Positions 61,365-64,000 of a stretch of 64,000 nucleotides of DNA are shown piece after piece. How positions within the stretch are numbered: position 1 is the stretch's first letter; the number at the start of each line of letters is the position of its first letter. The notes beneath the pieces were generated by a model. It was not told the origin of the DNA. It worked only from the letters and a program-made list of their open reading frames with translations, and made no database searches. The DNA is from an uncultured bacterium (lineage in GTDB: Bacteria; Patescibacteriota; Minisyncoccia; Minisyncoccales; RBG-13-42-11): the NCBI GenBank assembly GCA_963790795.1, contig CAWBPO010000001.1:332073-396072 (forward strand), in the 5' to 3' direction. The translations under genes and the position numbers were made by a program.

Positions 61365-62171
61365 ATGAAAAGGCGTCAGAATATGAAACTTATCATATTG
61401 CTTGTTTTGATGGTGGCTATTTTTGTCGTTTTTAATTTGACTGGTTTTTCAAAAAACATCAAAGACTTTTTTTATTCCATATCTGCTCCCTTTCAAAAAG
61501 CATTCTGGGGATTAGGAGATAATGTTTCCGATTTCTTTGGGAGAATGACAGAAAAAGAAGTTTCTGATGAAGAATTGAATGAGCTTAATTTTAAAAATCA
61601 GGAGTTTTTGGCTGAGATAGCTGGTTTGCAAGAACTTAAAAAAGAAAATGAATTTTTAAGAAAAGCTTTGGATGTTGGTTTGGAAAAAGAATTCCAGTTA
61701 GAGCTGGCTCAGGTAATCAGTAAGGATATTTCCGAAGATTCCATTTTAATCAACCGGGGAGCAGAAGACGGAATTGCAGAAGATTTTCCGGTGATTACCG
61801 CTCAAAAATTGCTTTTGGGGAAAATCGGCAAGGTTTATCAGAATTTTTCAGAAGTAATTTTGATTTCAAACAAAGAAAGCTCTTTTGACGCAGAAATCAG
61901 AGAAAAGGAAATTTACGGCATGGTAAAGGGGAAAGGAGGTTTTGAAGTTTCTTTTGATCTGGTTCCAAAAGACAAAGAAATCTCTGAGGGCGACTTAATC
62001 GTTACTTCTGCTCTGGGAGGCGTTTTTCCCCAGGGTTTTTTAGTCGGGGAGATTAAAGGAGTAAGGAAATCGGATGTTGAGCAGTTTCAGACAGCTGAGA
62101 TAAAGCCAGGGTTCAATCTTGAAAATTTGGATTACTTGTTTGTTATAACAAACCGGAGTTTGATATATTGA
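61365..62171 (+). CDS. mreC: Rod shape-determining protein MreC
   Basis: N-terminal TM, a coiled coil (NFKNQEFLAEIAGLQELKKENEFLRKAL) and beta domains with GDLIVTSALGGVFPQGFLVGEI. Followed by mreD-like and PBP2 genes. ATG 61365 chosen over 61335. Confidence 0.8.
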   Translation: MKRRQNMKLIILLVLMVAIFVVFNLTGFSKNIKDFFYSISAPFQKAFWGLGDNVSDFFGRMTEKEVSDEELNELNFKNQEFLAEIAGLQELKKENEFLRKALDVGLEKEFQLELAQVISKDISEDSILINRGAEDGIAEDFPVITAQKLLLGKIGKVYQNFSEVILISNKESSFDAEIREKEIYGMVKGKGGFEVSFDLVPKDKEISEGDLIVTSALGGVFPQGFLVGEIKGVRKSDVEQFQTAEIKPGFNLENLDYLFVITNRSLIY

Positions 62172-62203
62172 ATCTTCGATTCGCTATAACCAATTTTTAG
62201 TTG

Positions 62204-62524
62204 ATGATTAGAAAAATTCTTTTTTTCATTTTTTTCTTCTATATTTCAATTTTAATTCAAACCAGCTTTCTGGTTCATTTTAATATATGGGGCATTGTGC
62301 TTAATCTTGTTTTAATTGTCGTAATCTTAATCAATCTTTTCAGTTCTGACCGGCGGCTGGGCATAATTTCCGCTGCTGTCGGCGGGCTTTATTTGGATAT
62401 TTTTTCTTTTGGCGGCCTATTTGGTTTTTTCGGCTCTTACACGCTCATTTTGATAGGGTTTTCTCTTCTTTTGAAAATTATTTTGAACAAATATGTTCGA
62501 ATTCCAATCTTTAAAAAATTTTAA
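62204..62524 (+). CDS. mreD: MreD-like polytopic membrane protein
   Basis: 106 aa with 4-5 TM segments. The call rests on position between mreC and mrdA. Confidence 0.5.
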   Translation: MIRKILFFIFFFYISILIQTSFLVHFNIWGIVLNLVLIVVILINLFSSDRRLGIISAAVGGLYLDIFSFGGLFGFFGSYTLILIGFSLLLKIILNKYVRIPIFKKF

Positions 62525-64000
62525 AAACAGGAGGATTCAACTTGCTTTTAAGGAAGATATTGAGCCCCATGAAATTATTTTAGATTCTCTTGCTGAAAAA
62601 CAAGAAAAAGAATTCGGTTTTTCAGGGAGAAAGCTTGAAGTCCCTCTTTTGCAAAAAATCATCAAAGCTTTTTACTTTTTTTGTTTTTTCCTTCTTTTGA
62701 TTCTTTTTTGCAAGACATTCCAACTGCAAGTAATTGAGGGGAAAGACTTGACTAAGCTTGCCGATAAGAATAAATTCATCATTCACCAGGTTCGGGCAGA
62801 AAGGGGAGTGATTTACGACAGAAATTTTGAGCAACTGGTCTTTAATAAATCAACCTTTGATTTGATTTGCGAAAAAAGCAAGCTTTCCCAGTTTGAAGCT
62901 GAAAAAGTTTTACAGGAAGTTTCCGGGATTCTCAAAAAAGACATTGGAGAGCTTGAAAAAGCGATTGAAGAATCTGAATCAGACCAGGTTTTAATAGCTG
63001 AAAATCTTTCCCACGAGGAATTGATTTTGTTTGAAACAAAGATTGATTCTTTGGTTGGTTTTCAGATAAAGAGCAATGTTATCAGGGAATACAAAGACAG
63101 CGAAGTTTTTGCCCATCTTTTGGGATATACCGGCAAGATACAAAGCGAAGAGTTTAAAAAAGCTTCAGAGTTCTATTTAATAAATGACTATGTCGGTAGA
63201 GCCGGAGTGGAAAATTACTATGAAAGCTTTTTAAGGAAGAATCCCGGGGAGTTGAGAATTAAAAGAGATGTTTCTGGAAATGTAATTTCCGAAGAAACTG
63301 TTTCTCTGCCGGAATCCGGGAACAGCTTGGTTTTATGGCTGGATGCGGATTTACAAAGAAAGATTACGACTGAACTGGAAGCAATTTTGCAGAACACAGG
63401 AACAAAGAAAGCAGTAGCCATTGCTTTGGACCCGAGGAACGGGGGAGTTTTGTCTTTGGTTTCTCTGCCCAGCTTTGACAATAATCTCTTTCAAAAAGGA
63501 GCTGATGAGAAAGCTTTGCAAGCGCTTTTAGACGATCCCCAGAAGCTTAATCCGCTTTTTGACCGGGCGATTTCCGGAAAATACCTGATAGGTTCCACTA
63601 TCAAACCGTTGATAGCTTCCGCTGTTTTGCAAGAAGAAATTATTGATCCTGATAAGAAAATCAACTGCCACGGCCAAATTGAAATTCCCAATCCTTGGGA
63701 TCCTGGCAATCCGACCATTAAGAAAGACAATGCCACGCACGGCCCGACCGATATGAGAAAAGCAATTGCTGAATCCTGCAACGTTTACTTTTACACTGTC
63801 GGCGGAGGATATGAAGACCAGGAAGGATTGGGACCTGGCAGAATGAAAAGCTATCTTGATCTGTTCGGCTGGGATTCCAAAACAGGTATTGATTTGCCAG
63901 GTGAAATTTCAGGTTTTGTTCCTGATTCTTCATGGAAAAAACAGACTTTAGGTGAAGCTTGGCAGGATGGTGATACTTACAACTTAGCTATTGGCCAGGG
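62493..64000 (+). CDS. mrdA: Penicillin-binding protein 2 (elongation transpeptidase), 3' end beyond the window
   Basis: The frame is open from ATG 62493 to the window end (absent from the ORF track because it has no stop). TM FYFFCFFLLLILF, then QLQVIEGKDL..RAERGVIYDRN, and the SxxK motif GSTIKP at about 63591. Confidence 0.85.
   Translation, partial: MFEFQSLKNFKNRRIQLAFKEDIEPHEIILDSLAEKQEKEFGFSGRKLEVPLLQKIIKAFYFFCFFLLLILFCKTFQLQVIEGKDLTKLADKNKFIIHQVRAERGVIYDRNFEQLVFNKSTFDLICEKSKLSQFEAEKVLQEVSGILKKDIGELEKAIEESESDQVLIAENLSHEELILFETKIDSLVGFQIKSNVIREYKDSEVFAHLLGYTGKIQSEEFKKASEFYLINDYVGRAGVENYYESFLRKNPGELRIKRDVSGNVISEETVSLPESGNSLVLWLDADLQRKITTELEAILQNTGTKKAVAIALDPRNGGVLSLVSLPSFDNNLFQKGADEKALQALLDDPQKLNPLFDRAISGKYLIGSTIKPLIASAVLQEEIIDPDKKINCHGQIEIPNPWDPGNPTIKKDNATHGPTDMRKAIAESCNVYFYTVGGGYEDQEGLGPGRMKSYLDLFGWDSKTGIDLPGEISGFVPDSSWKKQTLGEAWQDGDTYNLAIGQ

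Overview
AT-rich bacterial chromosome segment (roughly 35-40% GC by eye). It looks like a reduced Candidate Phyla Radiation / Patescibacteria-type genome: the rRNA genes are interrupted by introns, the rRNA locus is split, almost no gene has a Shine-Dalgarno (SD) motif, and there are many pilin-like and giant surface-protein genes. That lineage call is inference only. Order of content: lepA (3' part), ftsB-like gene, tRNA-Gly, three pseudopilin genes, tRNA-Thr, three orphan small ORFs, prfB (programmed +1 frameshift), ftsE, ftsX and tRNA-Gln. Next is a ~16.5 kb surface-protein island (9.3-25.8 kb). It holds a giant gene of about 2,850 codons whose frame is broken many times and which contains a ~60% GC tandem repeat, two WxL-like + DUF916-like modules, and one dockerin protein plus two cohesin proteins. 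Housekeeping genes follow: dacA-like, rlmE, ftsZ, trxB, eno, gpmA, rrf2, sufC, sufBD, mnmA, a ZIP transporter, a redox cluster with a Trx-FTR fusion, gap, an RRM protein, acs, ppsA, pfkB, fba, rplY, prfA, rpmE, rpsB and tsf. The window ends with tRNA-Thr, 16S (group I intron), tRNA-Ile, tRNA-Ala, a membrane-protein gene, 23S (two group I introns, one with a LAGLIDADG gene), 5S, then mreC, mreD and mrdA. Main oddities: (1) the 16S 3' tail lacks the CCUCC anti-SD core, while six orphan small ORFs carry perfect canonical SDs; (2) reading frames are corrupted in discrete patches, including essential-type genes, which is probably assembly error but cannot be proven from the sequence; (3) a high-GC tandem repeat sits inside an AT-rich gene; (4) a DnaA-box-like motif sits at three promoters; (5) there is one orphan promoter-to-terminator non-coding unit. 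I did not recognise any defence, CRISPR, transposon or other clearly novel multi-gene system. All coordinates of RNAs, introns and promoters come from alignment by eye and may be off by a few bases.
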